Origin: Chiloscyllium plagiosum
Taxonomy: Eukaryota
Direction: 5' to 3'
Assembly (NCBI RefSeq): GCF_004010195.1
Contig: NC_057722.1
Coordinates: 39,663,164 to 39,727,163, forward strand
DNA length: 64,000 nucleotides
Shown here: piece by piece, positions 1 to 11,894 of the stretch
Layout of the letters: each line of letters starts with the position of its first letter
How positions within the stretch are numbered: the first letter of the stretch is position 1
Made by a program: the position numbers and the translations under genes
Notes under the pieces: model-generated
Database searches by the model: none
What the model was told of the DNA's origin: nothing
The model's input: the letters and a program-made list of their open reading frames with translations, nothing else

Positions 1-178
1 TGTTTCAAAAGTACTTAATTCTTGTTTCTATTTATGCGTCTAAGAGTCTGTATAACGTGTAGGTGGTTTGACAATCTTTCTGGGTCTTGTGATGGTTAAC
101 CTTCACTTGTTTTTTTGGCATGTATATGTCCCATGCACATTGCTACCAGTGTTCATTGTTGCTATGATGATCTTAAGA

Positions 179-545
179 CCATTAGATGTAGGAACAGAAA
201 ATTAGGCCATTCAGCCCATTGAGTCTGCTCTGCCATTCAGTCATGGCTGATAAATTTCTCAACCCCATTCTCCAACTTTCTCCTCGTAAGCCTTGATCTC
301 CTTCACACAAGAACACACTCACAGTCATAAACACACAGTAATTTGGGCTCCACAGCCTTCTGTGGCAATCAATTCCATAGATTCACCACTCTCTAGCTGA
401 AGAAGTTTCTCCTTCACCCTATTCTTCCTTTTACTGTAAGGGTGTGTCCTTGGGGCCTAGTCTTTCCTCCCAGAACAAAAATTTTCCCAACAGCCACTCT
501 GTCCAGGCTATTCAGTATTTTGTATGTTTCAATTAGATACCCCCT
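179..545 (-). mobile_element. CR1/HER1-like LINE 3' end fragment
   Basis: Reverse-complement CR1 3' tail (ggccattcagccc...ttccatagattcaccactctc); same family at 60140-60860 and 51620-52180. Confidence 0.75.
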
Positions 546-546
546 C

Positions 547-1908
547 AGAATAGAACAACAGTGCAGCACCTGTCCTTCAGCCCTCGATGTTGCACCGACC
601 TGTGGAACCAATCTGAAGCCCATCTAACCTACACTATTCCATTCTCATCCTCATTCCTATCCAATGACCATTTAAATGCCCTTAAACTTGGCAAGTCTAT
701 TACTGTTGCAAGCAGGGCGTTCCATGCAACCTACTACTCTGAGTAAAGAAACTCCCTCTGATATCTGTCCTATATCGATCACCCCTCAATTTAAAGCCAT
801 GTCCCCTCGTGCTAGCCATCACCACCTGAGGAAAAAAGGCTCTCACTGTCCACACTATCTAACCCTCTGGTTATCTAATGTCTCAATTAAGTCACCTCTC
901 AACCTTCTCTCTCACGAAAACAACCTCAATTCCCTCAGCCTTTCCTCATAAGACCTTCCCTCCATACCAGGCAACATGCTAGTAAATCTCTTCTGAACCC
1001 TTTCCAAAGCTTCCACAGCCTCCCTAAAATGCGGTGACCAGAATTGTATGCAATACTCCAAGTGCAGCCGCACCAGAGTTTTGTACAGCTGCAGCTTGAC
1101 CTCGTGGTTCTGAAACTCAATCCCTCTACCAATAAAAGCTGCATGCCTTCTTAACAAGGAGAAAGTGAGGACTGCAGATGCTGGAGATCAGAGCTGAAAA
1201 TGTGTTGCTGGAAAAGCGCAGCAGGTCAGGCAGCATCCAAGGAGCAGGAGAATCGACGTTTCGGGCATGAGCCTTCTTAACAACTCTATCAACCTGGGTG
1301 GCAACTTTCAGAGGTTGATGTACATGGACACCGAGTTCTCTCTGCTCATCTACATTACCAAGAATCTTACCATTAACCCAGTACTCTTTATTCCTGTTGC
1401 TCCTTCTGAAGTAAATCACCTCACATATTTCCTCATTAAACTCCATGTGCCACCTCGCAGCCCAGCTCTGCAACTTATCTATGTCCTTCTGTAGTCTGCA
1501 ACATCCTCCTGCGCTATCCATAACTCCACCGACCTGAGCTTCACCTGCAAATTTACTAACCCACCCTTCTACGCTCTCATCCAGGTCATTTATAAAAATG
1601 ACAAACAGATCCTTGCGGTACTCCACTAATAACTGAATTCCAGGATGAACATTTCCCATCAACCATGACCCTCTGTTTTCTTTCAATTACTGATCCAAAC
1701 CACCATATCACCCTCAGTCCCACGATTCTGTATTTTGTGCAACAGCGTACCGTGGGGGATGTTACTGAAATCCATATACACCACATCAACCACTTTACCC
1801 TCATCCACCTGTTTGGTCACCTTCTCAAAGAACTCAATAAAGTTTGTGAAGTACAACCTACCCATCACAAAACCATGTTGACTATCCCTAATCAATATAT
1901 TCCTCTTT
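547..1908 (-). mobile_element. CR1/HER1-like LINE, RT to 3' end, degenerate; interrupted by a Penelope-derived short insert at 1158-1270
   Basis: ORF fragments SQHGF..NFIEFFEKVTKQVDEGKVVDVVYMDFS, FVIFINDLDE..SKFA, LYKTLVRLHLEYCIQFWSP. Confidence 0.9.
1158..1270 (-). mobile_element. Short Penelope-terminal (pLTR) insert with truncated hammerhead motif
   Basis: Matches the terminus of Penelope fragments at 4552-4944 and 43120-43245; flanked by 13-bp duplication gccttcttaacaa (1145-1157, 1271-1283). Confidence 0.8.
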
Positions 1909-1944
1909 AGTGGGCCGGAGGCCCTCTCTCTCCCTGTTACTCAC

Positions 1945-2003
1945 GGGCCGATCCTGAAGCTCCTGCTCAGCTGCAGACACCAGCTCACGACCCGCGCCGC
2001 CAT
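1945..2003 (-). CDS. MRPL47: Probable MRPL47 (39S ribosomal protein L47) coding exon 1; remainder lies left of the window
   Basis: Minus strand AAG ATG GCG GCG... MAARVVSWCLQLSRSFRIG(P), presequence-like (Arg/Ser/Leu-rich, no acidic residues), followed by donor GTGAGT (1944-1939); identity rests on the known head-to-head arrangement with NDUFB5, not on peptide recognition. Confidence 0.7.
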
Positions 2004-2525
2004 CTTACTCCCAGAATGCACTACGTCACCAGTCTCCCGGCAACCGGCCGCCAGAGCATCTCATTGGCCAATATTCACCCAATGTGCCCCCATTAGAGAA
2101 AAAGGTTACATTAAAAATAATCAGTACTGTATACTATCCGAAGTAAATAATCTTTTTTAAGGTCGTTTATGCAACCAGGCCAGCACGCTCCCAATGTCAG
2201 TAAAACAATAATACACTGTGCAGATGTTTCAATCTAAAAATAGAAACAGAAAATATGCTATTTGCATCAACATTCATTTTACCCTTTCACAAAGCGCTAG
2301 AGCATATTTACAGAAAAATGATAGATAATCTAATTTGAAAATTTGTTGGCTGTTTTTTGCACAATGCGTTGTAGTGAGAAATGATTCTGAATCCTTGCCA
2401 TGGTCAAATATGGCGCCTGTTGGTTTACACTTCATGGAATTGCTCAGGCGACCTGGAGAGTATCAAACATGGCGCCTGCCGATTTCCGTCCCTGTGACCA
2501 CTGGAGTCACCGAGGAGTATCAAAG
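2004..2525. promoter_or_regulatory. Bidirectional MRPL47/NDUFB5 promoter
   Basis: Divergent ATGs ~520 bp apart; ZNF143/SBS-like CTCCCAGAATGCAC 2008-2021, RFX-like GTCTCCCGGCAAC 2032-2044, ATTGGCCAAT 2063-2072, CCAAT 2079-2083, YY1-like AAGATGGCG over both start codons; locally CpG-rich. Confidence 0.75.
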
Positions 2526-2643
2526 ATGGCGGTGTTAAGTGTGCTGAGAGCTGCGGCTGCTCTTGTGGCGCGGCGACCTTCTCACAAACTGCAGCGTCTG
2601 GCTGGAAATTCCTTACTCAAGGTTTTTCCTGCAGCTTCTAAAG
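2526..2643 (+). CDS. NDUFB5: NDUFB5 exon 1 (mitochondrial presequence)
   Basis: MAVLSVLRAAAALVARRPSHKLQRLAGNSLLKVFPAASK, donor gtatgg, phase 1 compatible with exon 2. Confidence 0.9.
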
Positions 2644-3487
2644 GTATGGCTGGCCCTAACCGACTCTTAGTTCAGTTCGGCCGTCTGCGTCAGGGAATCG
2701 ATTGACCTTGTAAAGTGCAGCAGGTCACAACAAAAAAAAACTTGCATTTACTTGGCGAACAAATGGTTCATTAAGGCCAATTTTGATGCTCAGCCCATTA
2801 GTGGGTACTGCTTTAGTGCAAGTGGCCAGAAGCTGTATTCAGAGTTTGTTTTAATCAGTGTCTCTAAGGTGGAGAAGGAGCGATGTACGAAAATGGAGGT
2901 AAGATGGACCTCTCAGATTTCAGGACATGAGCATTTAAAAGTACAGCCATGAATGTAGAATGAATAACTCAAGAGGCTAGAGTTAGAGGAATACAGATAT
3001 CTCAGGAGGTTCTGGGATTGGAAGAGACTCCAGATGATGTCATTGGATGGATTTTAAAATTGAGATGTAATTGGAAGTTGTCTTAAGTGTATGAATGTAA
3101 TTGGTGATGGTGAATAAGATCTGGAGTGAGTTGAGACAGAAGCAGAAGAGTTTTTACTTGACTGAAGTTCACAGGGTATGTGTGAGGCTGACCAGAAAAG
3201 TAACAGTCAATACATTCAGATGTTGTTGGAGAAACTTAGTAGGTCTGGCAACATCTGTGGAGAGACAAATGGAATTAATGTTTCAACTTTAGTGACCCTT
3301 CTTCAGAACTGAACAGTCAACACTTGTAACTTGTGAGGGTTCCAACAGATTGGAAAATAACTGATGTGATGCCCCTGTTGAAAAGGAGGGAGGATGTATA
3401 TGCTAGTTAGCCTAATACCTGTCATTAGAAAAATGCTAGAGTCTATTATTAAAGAAGAAATAGCAGTAATTGAGAATAGCTGAACAC

Positions 3488-3581
3488 AGCTGAAAATGTG
3501 TTGCTGGAAAAGCGCAGCAGGTCAGGCAGCATCCAAGGAGCAGGAGAATTGACATTTCAGGCATGAGCCCTTCTTCAGGAA
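3488..3581 (-). mobile_element. Short Penelope pLTR copy with hammerhead motif
   Basis: Revcomp ttcCTGAAGAagggctcatgcctGAAAtgtcaatt. Confidence 0.8.
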
Positions 3582-4220
3582 AGCCCTGCTTGATTGAACA
3601 CAATCAAGCAACAAATGCAATATTATCTCATGAATGATCAGAATAAAATGAGCTGACAATCAAAGCTCTGGAAAAAAAATTTTGAGCAAAACTCAGGGAA
3701 AGTTTAAACTTAAGTGTTTGCATGGTGACAGCAGTTAAGTCCTGTGGAGCAAAATAAGAAAGAGTATTTAATAGATCATGGACATGTGCAAAGGGAGCAG
3801 CTCACTTTTATTAAGAATGTATATTTCTAAAGATTTTTGCATGTAAATATGTTTAATCATTTGTTCAGATGAGTTATGATATACCTTGGGCGCAGCTGGA
3901 ACTTGAACCTAGAACTCCATTCTTTATTTTTAGAAAAATCAATTTGTTCAGGTTTGTTATCATACAGTATGGAGTGGGTTGGATTTGAGCTCAGGTCTTC
4001 TAGCTCAGAGGTAGGACATTACCAGTGTGCCAAAAGGACCCTTTATTTCTCATATATGCAGAGGCACTATATGGCATTTTGTGGTAAGGGAGAACTTTGG
4101 TTTTTGCATGACCGTTTAAATAAATTCTGTTTTTGCTAAGAGTCTGTGTTTTAAATACTTTTCCTTTCTGTCCATTCTAACTTTTTTTTGTAAAAGCTGT
4201 CTTGCTATTTCTTAATTTAA

Positions 4221-4496
4221 GGCGGCACAGTGGCTCAGTAGTCAGCACTCCTGCTTCACAGCGCCAGAGACCAGGGTTTGATTCCACCCTCAGGTGGATG
4301 TCTGTGTGGAGTTTGCACACTCTTCCTGTGTCTGCGTGGGATTCCTTTGGGTGTTCATGGTGTCCAAGGATGTGTCAGTTAGGTGGATTAGCCATGGGGA
4401 ATGCAGTGTTATTGGACGGGATATTCTTCAGATGGTCAGTGTGGAGTCTGGGCCCAATGTCTTGCTGCCACACTGTAAAGAATCTATGTTCTATGA
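4221..4496 (+). mobile_element. HE1-like tRNA-derived SINE
   Basis: A box tggctcagtagtc, B box gtttgattcc, V-domain-like core tgtgtggagtttgcacactcttcc, CR1-like tail ending tctatg. Confidence 0.85.
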
Positions 4497-4551
4497 ACCT
4501 ACGATATTTGGAACTGCATGATTCTCTCCACGGTCAATCCCTGAGTTCTTT

Positions 4552-4944
4552 GAGGAGAAAGTGAGGACTGCAGATGCTGAAGATCAGAGCTGAAAATGTG
4601 TTGCTGGAAAAGCGCAGCAGGTCAGGAGGCATCCAGGTAACAGGAGAATCGACGTTTCAGGCATAAGCCCTTCTTCAGGAATGAGGAAAGTTTGTCCAGC
4701 AGGCTAAGATAAAAGGTAGGGAGGAGGGACTTGGGGGAGGGGCGTCGGAAATGTGATAGGTGGAGAGAGGTCAAGGTGAGGGTGATAGGTCAGACTGGGG
4801 TGGGGGCGGAGAGGTCAGGAAGAAGATTGCAGGTTAGGAAGGCGGTGCTGAATTCGATGGATTTGACTGAGATAAGGTGGGGGGAGGGGAAATGAGGAAA
4901 CTGGTGAAATCCGAGTTCATCCCTTGTGGTTGGAGGGTTCCTAG
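4552..4944 (-). mobile_element. Penelope-like element 3' end (end of GIY-YIG ORF plus pLTR with hammerhead)
   Basis: Minus strand LGTLQPQGMNSDFTSFLISPPPTL, homologous to 42850-43245. Confidence 0.85.
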
Positions 4945-5069
4945 GTTCTGCCCATATGTATGTCTCCAGAATGCCTCTAACACCAGTTGAAAGTCAACTT
5001 TGTTTTAACATGTGTAGCAGACATTGTGGAAGTGTACTTTTCTGAGCTGTTAAGAATTAATCCACAAGT

Positions 5070-5272
5070 TATAGAGTCATAGAGATGTACAGCATGGAAA
5101 CAGACCCTTCGGTCCAACTCGTCCATGCTGACTAGATATCCCAAACTAATCTAGTCCCATTTGCCAGCACTTGGCCCATGTCCCTCTAAACCCTTTCTAT
5201 TCATATATCCATCCAGATGTCTTTTAAATGATGCAATTATACCAGCCTCCTCCACATCCTCTGGCAGCTCAT
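5070..5272 (-). mobile_element. CR1/HER1 3' tail fragment
   Basis: atagagtcatagagatgtacagcatggaaacagacccttcgg, revcomp of the tail at 36600-36677. Confidence 0.8.
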
Positions 5273-6070
5273 TTTAGGGAACCTGATTGGAAAATTGGGA
5301 AGAGGCTTATTGTGCAGGATTTTTATCCACATTTATATTTAACCCTTTTATTTTGGTGTTATTTGCAATGCACCTTTTTTTTATGGGTCTTGTTTTTAAA
5401 TTAGGCTAATACATGTTATAGCAGTCATGGCACATTAATCTGTCTCCCACTGTTTCATAATCTTATCTGAATAAAATAGATGTCTACATTAGTACACTAT
5501 TAAATTGAAAATCTGTGTAATTATGATAAATCTGTTATGGAATTATGATAAATCTGTCATTGAGTGTAGGTAGTGCCCTTAACACAGCCTTGTTTTGACT
5601 CATTGGAGTATAAACTGGAATCATAATAGAAAATCTGCCCCTATTTTCTTTTATAACCTCTTCAAAGTTGTTTTAATTGAAAGTCCATAAAATAGGTAGT
5701 AGTCAAGTCAAAAAGCTTCATGCTAGATGTGTAGTTTTGTAATCATGGTTTCTATTGTTTTAAACAAAAATACATTATTTTACATTCAGCTTGACTCCCA
5801 AATCATACAATAGTCCAGATTTGGACGACAATTTTGATATCACACAGTTACATGGGAAAATATAATTTGGATTGGAAAATGAATCTGCTAAAACCTGAAT
5901 AGCAATATTGTTTATTGAAGTTAAGATATATTTAAAGTTCTGTTTTCTTAAGCATTTAATGTTAAAGTATACAATTTATATCTGCAGCACCAACTTAATT
6001 ATATAGTGTTTCTCACATAATGAAATGTCCCAAGATGCTTAACAGGAGCATTGTAATTCTTGAGATACTG

Positions 6071-6165
6071 AGACGGATGGCCGAGTGGTCTAAGGCACCA
6101 GACTCAAGGAGTGTTAGTCTTTGCTCTGTATCTGGGCTTGTGAATTCTGGTCCCTTTTGTGGGCG
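6071..6165 (+). pseudogene. Truncated intron-containing tRNA-Leu(CAA) pseudogene
   Basis: GGATGGCCGAGTGGTCTAAGGCaCCAGACT-CAA-G (anticodon 6105-6107), 36-nt intron 6109-6144, then TTCTGGTC; degenerate acceptor stem; T-arm replaced by a SINE. Confidence 0.75.
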
Positions 6166-6485
6166 GCACGGTGGCACAGGTGGGTGGCACGGTGGCACAA
6201 GTGGGCAGCACAGTGGCACAGTGGTTAGCACTGCTGCCTCACAGCGCCTGAGACCCGGGTTCAATTCCCGCCTCAGGCGACTGACTGTGTGGAGTTTGCA
6301 CGTTCTCCCCGTGTCTGCATGGGTTTCCTCCGGGTGCTCCGGTTTCCTCCCACAGTCCAAAAAGATGTGCAGGGTCAGGTGAATTGGCCATGCTAAATTG
6401 CCCCTAGTGTTAGGTAAGGGGTAAATATAGGGGTATGGGTGGGTTTCGCTTCGGCGGGTCGGTGTGGACTTGTTGGGCCGAAGGG
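6160..6485 (+). mobile_element. HE1-like SINE with triplicated 5' head; runs into a gap
   Basis: Three ~20-nt gtgggcggcacggtggcaca-like units, then tggttagcactgctgcctcacagcgcc and B box gttcaattcc. Confidence 0.9.
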
Positions 6486-6815
6486 NNNNNNNNNNNNNNN
6501 NNNNNNNNNNNNNNNNNNNNNNNNNNNNNNNNNNNNNNNNNNNNNNNNNNNNNNNNNNNNNNNNNNNNNNNNNNNNNNNNNNNNNNNNNNNNNNNNNNNN
6601 NNNNNNNNNNNNNNNNNNNNNNNNNNNNNNNNNNNNNNNNNNNNNNNNNNNNNNNNNNNNNNNNNNNNNNNNNNNNNNNNNNNNNNNNNNNNNNNNNNNN
6701 NNNNNNNNNNNNNNNNNNNNNNNNNNNNNNNNNNNNNNNNNNNNNNNNNNNNNNNNNNNNNNNNNNNNNNNNNNNNNNNNNNNNNNNNNNNNNNNNNNNN
6801 NNNNNNNNNNNNNNN

Positions 6816-7408
6816 TCGATGTGCTTCTTGATTGAATCTGTGGATGAGTGCCATGCCTGTAGGAATTCCCTGGCTGTTCTCTGTTTGGCTTGTCCTATAA
6901 TAGTAGTGTTGTCCCAGTCGAACTCATGTTGCTTGTCATCTGCGTGTGTGGCTACTAAGGATAGCTGGTCGAGTCGTTTCGTGGCTAGTTGGTGTTCATG
7001 GATGCGGATCGTTAACTGTCTTCCTGTTTGTCCTAATCCGCATCCATGAACACCAACTAGCCAAGAAACGACACGACCAGCTATCCTTAGTAGCCACACA
7101 TGCAGATGACAAGCAACATGAATTCGACTGGGACAACACTACTATTTTGGACAAGCCAAACAGAGAACAGCCAGGGAATTCCTAGAGGCATGGCACTCAT
7201 CCACAGATTCAATCAAGAAGCACATCGATCTAGACCCAATATACCGGCCACTTCAGCGGACAGCTGGAACTGACAACTGGAAGCGACAGATTCAAATCAC
7301 TACAAATGCCGGAGGAAAGATCACAGAAGCACTTCACAGGAGGCTCCCAAGCACTGGGGATGTCACCTAGACAGGGGATGAAACGTCTGCAACACAAATT
7401 CCCAGCTT
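6816..7408. mobile_element. Penelope-like GIY-YIG/pLTR end in inverted arrangement (6816-7035 minus, 7037-7408 plus)
   Basis: GQTGRQLTIRIHEHQLATKR..FDWDNTTIIGQAKQRTAREFL on both strands; hammerhead remnant at 7351-7390. Confidence 0.85.
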
Positions 7409-8483
7409 AGTTTAATAGCTACTCTCTAGAGTTAGATGTATTTATTTGTCTAACTTTTCCAGAACTGTTCAGTCTCCAATTTTTATGGCGACTTTCCAAG
7501 GGTGCCAGGCAAAGTGGATTTGCTCAAAGGAATATTTAAATTGCTGGGCAATTCCTTCTAAGTCTGCTATGATGGAGGTTCTTCAGGGTCCCCTGCACAT
7601 CTCATATCAATGCTGGCATAATGACTGTCTCGCCAGCAAATTACTACCATAAGAGGTCTGATCAGAAGCTTGGGTCAAAATTAGGATTTTAAAGGAGGAT
7701 AATAAGATAGAGAGATGTTGATAAGTATTCCAGAGTGTGGGGCATGGCCACTAGTGGTGGAGTAATTAAAGTTGGGCGTGTGTACAAAAGGCCAAATTTC
7801 AGAAGTAAATATATTTCAGAGGGTGAAAGGGCTGGATGAGGTTACAGATTTGGGAAGGGTGAATTCATATAGGAATTTGAAAGTTACTTAAAAACTTTAA
7901 AATCAAGATGTCCCTTATTTGGGAGCCAATGTAGCGAGCACAAGAATGATAGTGTATCAGGACTTGCTGCAAGTTAGCGAGCAGGCTGCCAAGGTTTGGA
8001 TGATTTAAAGTTATGGAATATGGGAAACAAACCAGGATGCATGGAATGCTTGAGCATTGAAAAAGTGATGGCAGGGATTTTTGAGGCTTAAGTAGCAGAA
8101 GACCTGAGTTTGACATGTAATGTAATGATGCTAGCTAACAGCTGGTCTTTGTGGTGGCATTAAAATGTGGTTAGAAGCTCATCTCAGGGTCAGATGTGAC
8201 ACCAAGGTTACAAACTGGCTTAATCTTGGGCTTATTGCCAAGGAGAGGAATGGAGTCAGTAGTTGAGGAATTAAGTTTGGAGAGGAATCCAATAACAGTG
8301 ACTTCAGTTTTCCCAATATTTAATTTTGAACAAATTCCTGCTCATCCAGTATTGCATGTCAGAAGAGCATTCTGATAATTTATCAATAAAGGAGTCATGA
8401 AGAAAGGTAGTGGTGTTGAACCTAATGTACATTTATTTATTTTCTATTAACTGACAAGTTTTTGTGGTTTTGTTTTATTCTAG

Positions 8484-8569
8484 TTGCAGTTCGTCATGGT
8501 AGTCATGGAAAACAGATGTTTGTTGTCAAGTCCAGTCAATATTATGATACTCGCTTTCTGCGTCTTTTG
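8484..8569 (+). CDS. NDUFB5: NDUFB5 exon 2
   Basis: ttctag | (V)[28 protein letters not shown] | gtatgt. Confidence 0.95.
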
Positions 8570-8954
8570 GTATGTATCAAAGTTGCATCCAAAGTCAGGT
8601 GAATGAATCCACAAACATAGAAAAGATATTCTGCCTGAGATTGAATGGGATAAATTATGTAATTCAAATATAAAGCCATTGGTTAGTAATCAGCATTGAT
8701 AAATAATAACTTCTTAATTCTGGTTACTTATTCGATTGGAATGTGTGGACATAGTGTATACCCAATTATATTGTGCAAAGAAGAACATATGTATTGAGAA
8801 AATTTGTTGTCTTTGATGTAAAGCTTTAGAAATATTTAATGAAAAAGCATTATTGACTTTTCTACCCCAAAGAAAAAATAGTTTATTTTTAGTGCTATAT
8901 AAACCTGAAACCCAATATATATAATTATTCATTTGTTCTCTACTCACTACATCT

Positions 8955-10610
8955 GTGTGTCACCTGTGATGGCATATTATCTGCAAGTGCCTCGAAGTCT
9001 GAGTTGTAGTTGGATACTGCTAGTCATATACAGTCAGGCGCAATATTTAGGCTTGGTTCTCATAATTTTGGAGAGCACTGTCTCTCAGAGCTATGTGGAG
9101 TAAAGGTAAGCCTTCATTTTAAAAGCACAGGATGATAAGAATGGGTATTTTTCTCTTTTTATCAAGTCCGCAAAAATCACTGTCCCTTGAATTAACTTTC
9201 AGCTCAACATCATTTGCATAGTAATTATCTTCATATCAATTCCACTGCTGTATAAATGGAAACACCTCATGGAATTTGGTAGTCAAGACACCAATATCTA
9301 CTTAAGGGGATGGAATTGAGACAAACTTGATGATTTGTTGCATCACAAATTTGTTGCGAATTCCTGAAATCACCTCTTGAATTCCTCTGCCAACTTCTTT
9401 AGGTATGCACAAATATTTTATGGATAAACCATTTTTCTTTATCTTTTTTATTTATTTTTCTAGAATTTTAAGATTCAAGATGTTGCTACGTTTTGTTCTT
9501 TAAGTGGGAAGACCATAGACCCAGTTTCAATTTGAATACACATACAGCACTTAACTGTAGGGAAAGGACAGACACTTTGCATGTAACAGTTCAGCTTGTT
9601 CAGTTTTGACATTGTCTATAAGGAGCCCGAAGTCAAGCAACCACCATTTCATCAGTGAGTTCACGGCACACTTTGTTCCTTGATTTCAGGAAAGTGACCG
9701 TTTCGGGCATCAGATCAAACAATCTTTGCGGGACTTTCCCTTGACTTCCATCTCACATTAGCATGATCAGTTTGTCGTGGGGCTCTGCTCGAATTGAGTT
9801 TACAAACTTAATTTCTATTACATGAGAGAAATCCATAACTTTGTTTGTTAATGCTTGCTTTATTTCAGTGGTAATTAACAAAAAAAGCAAAATCAAGATA
9901 ATATCTGCAAATGCAACAAAACCTGCATTTGAACCAAGCATGGCTAGTGCAAGATCAGTTGTGATGGAAACCAGCGTCTTGATTGGAATTTTTTTTCTCA
10001 TATATATCTTTTGAAATTTTTGCAGATATCCTCCTTTTTACTTCTCTCTGAGGCAAAAATGTGGGACGTTCCTCTTTAATTGTTATGTCCTTAAAATGTT
10101 CGTGAACACAAGTGTAATCAGTTGGGCTGTGTCAGTCATATTTATTGGCTTCGTCTAAATGCAGTGAAAAGCATACATAGTCCTTCAGGTCGTGTTGCAG
10201 TTGTTGAAATTTGCCGTTGCTAGCATGGAAGCATTAAGTGACGTGCTTTGGATTTTTGTTACTATTCTTTGTTTTAAATGTCTTTGAATAAAGTCATTGG
10301 CCACAGTCATTGCTTCTTTAATTACTTTGCCATCTGCAAATTATTATATTATGTTTTGCCAGAGAATGATAAATGTGAAATATGATTCAGTGGAGATCTT
10401 CCCTTTTGCTGCTCGAATAGGGAAATAACTGTTGAGAATTCAAAATGGCCTTCAGCTCATCAACTTCAACTTCATTTGTCTGAAGTATGCTGTTCAAATG
10501 AAAACCATCCTTGAATTTACTTTGCATCATTGTCATTCCACATACCTTTTCACCTATTGATTTACTTCAGTGGCATTTAAGACAAATGGTCTTAATTTTT
10601 ACATGTATAC
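8955..10610 (-). mobile_element. Fossil hAT (SPIN/Buster/GTF2IRD2-like) transposase
   Basis: Frameshifted minus-strand motifs in the expected order: LAKH..FADGKVIKEAM; FSLHLDE..MTDTAQL; LVSITTDLALAMLG (TDGAPAM); FVNSIRA; NVRW..RLFDLMPETVTFLKS; KYPFL..YST; SNYNSDFEALADNMPSQVTH. Confidence 0.8.
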
Positions 10611-10673
10611 AATTTTAAACACACATTGACAGTTGCATTGATAAATTTGAGGAATTTTCAATTCTTTCTGCAG

Positions 10674-10740
10674 ACATTCTACACTTTATTAACTGGAATA
10701 CCAGTGGCTGTTTTCGTCACTTTTGTGAATATTTTTATTG
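10674..10740 (+). CDS. NDUFB5: NDUFB5 exon 3 (transmembrane helix)
   Basis: tgcag | TFYTLLTGIPVAVFVTFVNIFI(G) | gtaagt. Confidence 0.95.
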
Positions 10741-11635
10741 GTAAGTATTTTAGTGGTAGTTACAAATGATGCTAAGATTATTTTTAAATGAATAGTGTAA
10801 TTCAATTGACATTGAAAATAAAATGAGCTAAAATTACTGCATTATGATTTAAAACCTGTCTAATTCATTAATGTCCTTCAGAGAAAGATATATACTGTCT
10901 TTGTCCATCTGGTGTAACCCCAGACCCAAAACAACATAATTGACACTTAATTGCCCTCTGAAATAACCAGAAATCTAATCAGCTGTGTCAAATTTCTCTG
11001 AGAATGACTATTAAGAATAAAACTAAATGTATCAGCTGACATTGACCAAGGAAACTGCTACACCCAACCCAGCCAATCCTGCAAAGTGGTCCTCGCTGAT
11101 AGCTGGGATCTTATGCTAGAATTGGGAGAGCTGTCCAATAGACTCAGGCAATATCTATATACAACTGGGAAATATATCTTAGTTTCTTAACTAGTGTTGA
11201 GTAAAACTCCCTGCGTCACAGCCTGAGGATGTTCCTAAATCTTAGAAGGTGTAATTCAAGGTGTTCACTAATTTTGAGGAGAATTAGGCATAGACCATAA
11301 ATGCTGGCCTTGACCGCAATGCATGCAAAACATGAACAAGTAAGGAGACATGTTCTGTAAATTTTAACTCTGCATTCAAGTGATCACTTTGTGATTACAT
11401 TTACTTTGTGAGGTAAATTCAACTTACCCCAATAAATCTGGCTCTTAAAGCATTATATTCAATTCAAGTATAAATGTTATCAAACTAGGAATTTAACACA
11501 CAATGATGACCAGTGCAGGGCATGCAATGTAAATAAATAATCATATATTTTGCACAAAATGGAAACAGATCAATTATTCTTGGAAGAAAATAAACTGCTT
11601 TTCTAAAAATATATCTCTGGGTTTACATTTCTCAG

Positions 11636-11697
11636 GTGAGGCAGAACTTGCAGAGATTCCTGAAGATTATGTGCCAGAACATTGGGAATACCACAAG
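11636..11697 (+). CDS. NDUFB5: NDUFB5 exon 4
   Basis: ctcag | (G)[20 protein letters not shown] | gtacag. Confidence 0.97.
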
Positions 11698-11894
11698 GTA
11701 CAGTAAGCCTCTTTGTAATCATATTAACTAATGCACTGGGTGTCAACTATAATTTGCAATATTTCCTCAGCACCATTTAGATACAGATTAATTCATTGAG
11801 AGTTGCAATTAGGATTCCTTTGAAGATAAACTCTTTGTTAACTTGTGTATAGAGGACTAGCAGCTATTTGCACCTGAAATAAAATAACATCTGG

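Noticed and set aside
2644-2705. ORF-track extension of NDUFB5 beyond exon 1 (similarly 16865-16931, 44954-45040 and 55357-55404)
   Set aside because: Read-through into introns past clear GT donors
5519-5557. Short tandem duplication aattatgataaatctgt x2
   Set aside because: Ordinary slippage-type duplication in an AT-rich intron
6071-6165. Functional tRNA-Leu gene
   Set aside because: Acceptor stem is degenerate and the T-arm/3' end is missing
6393-7099. Long ORFs containing X runs (also 22924-23737 and 24778-25256)
   Set aside because: Artefacts of N-gaps joining SINE, LINE and Penelope fragments
9200-10000. Candidate conserved enhancer (octamer ATTTGCAT 9212-9219, NF-kB GGGACTTTCC 9730-9739)
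   Set aside because: The region is better explained as degenerate hAT transposase coding sequence; single motifs are expected by chance
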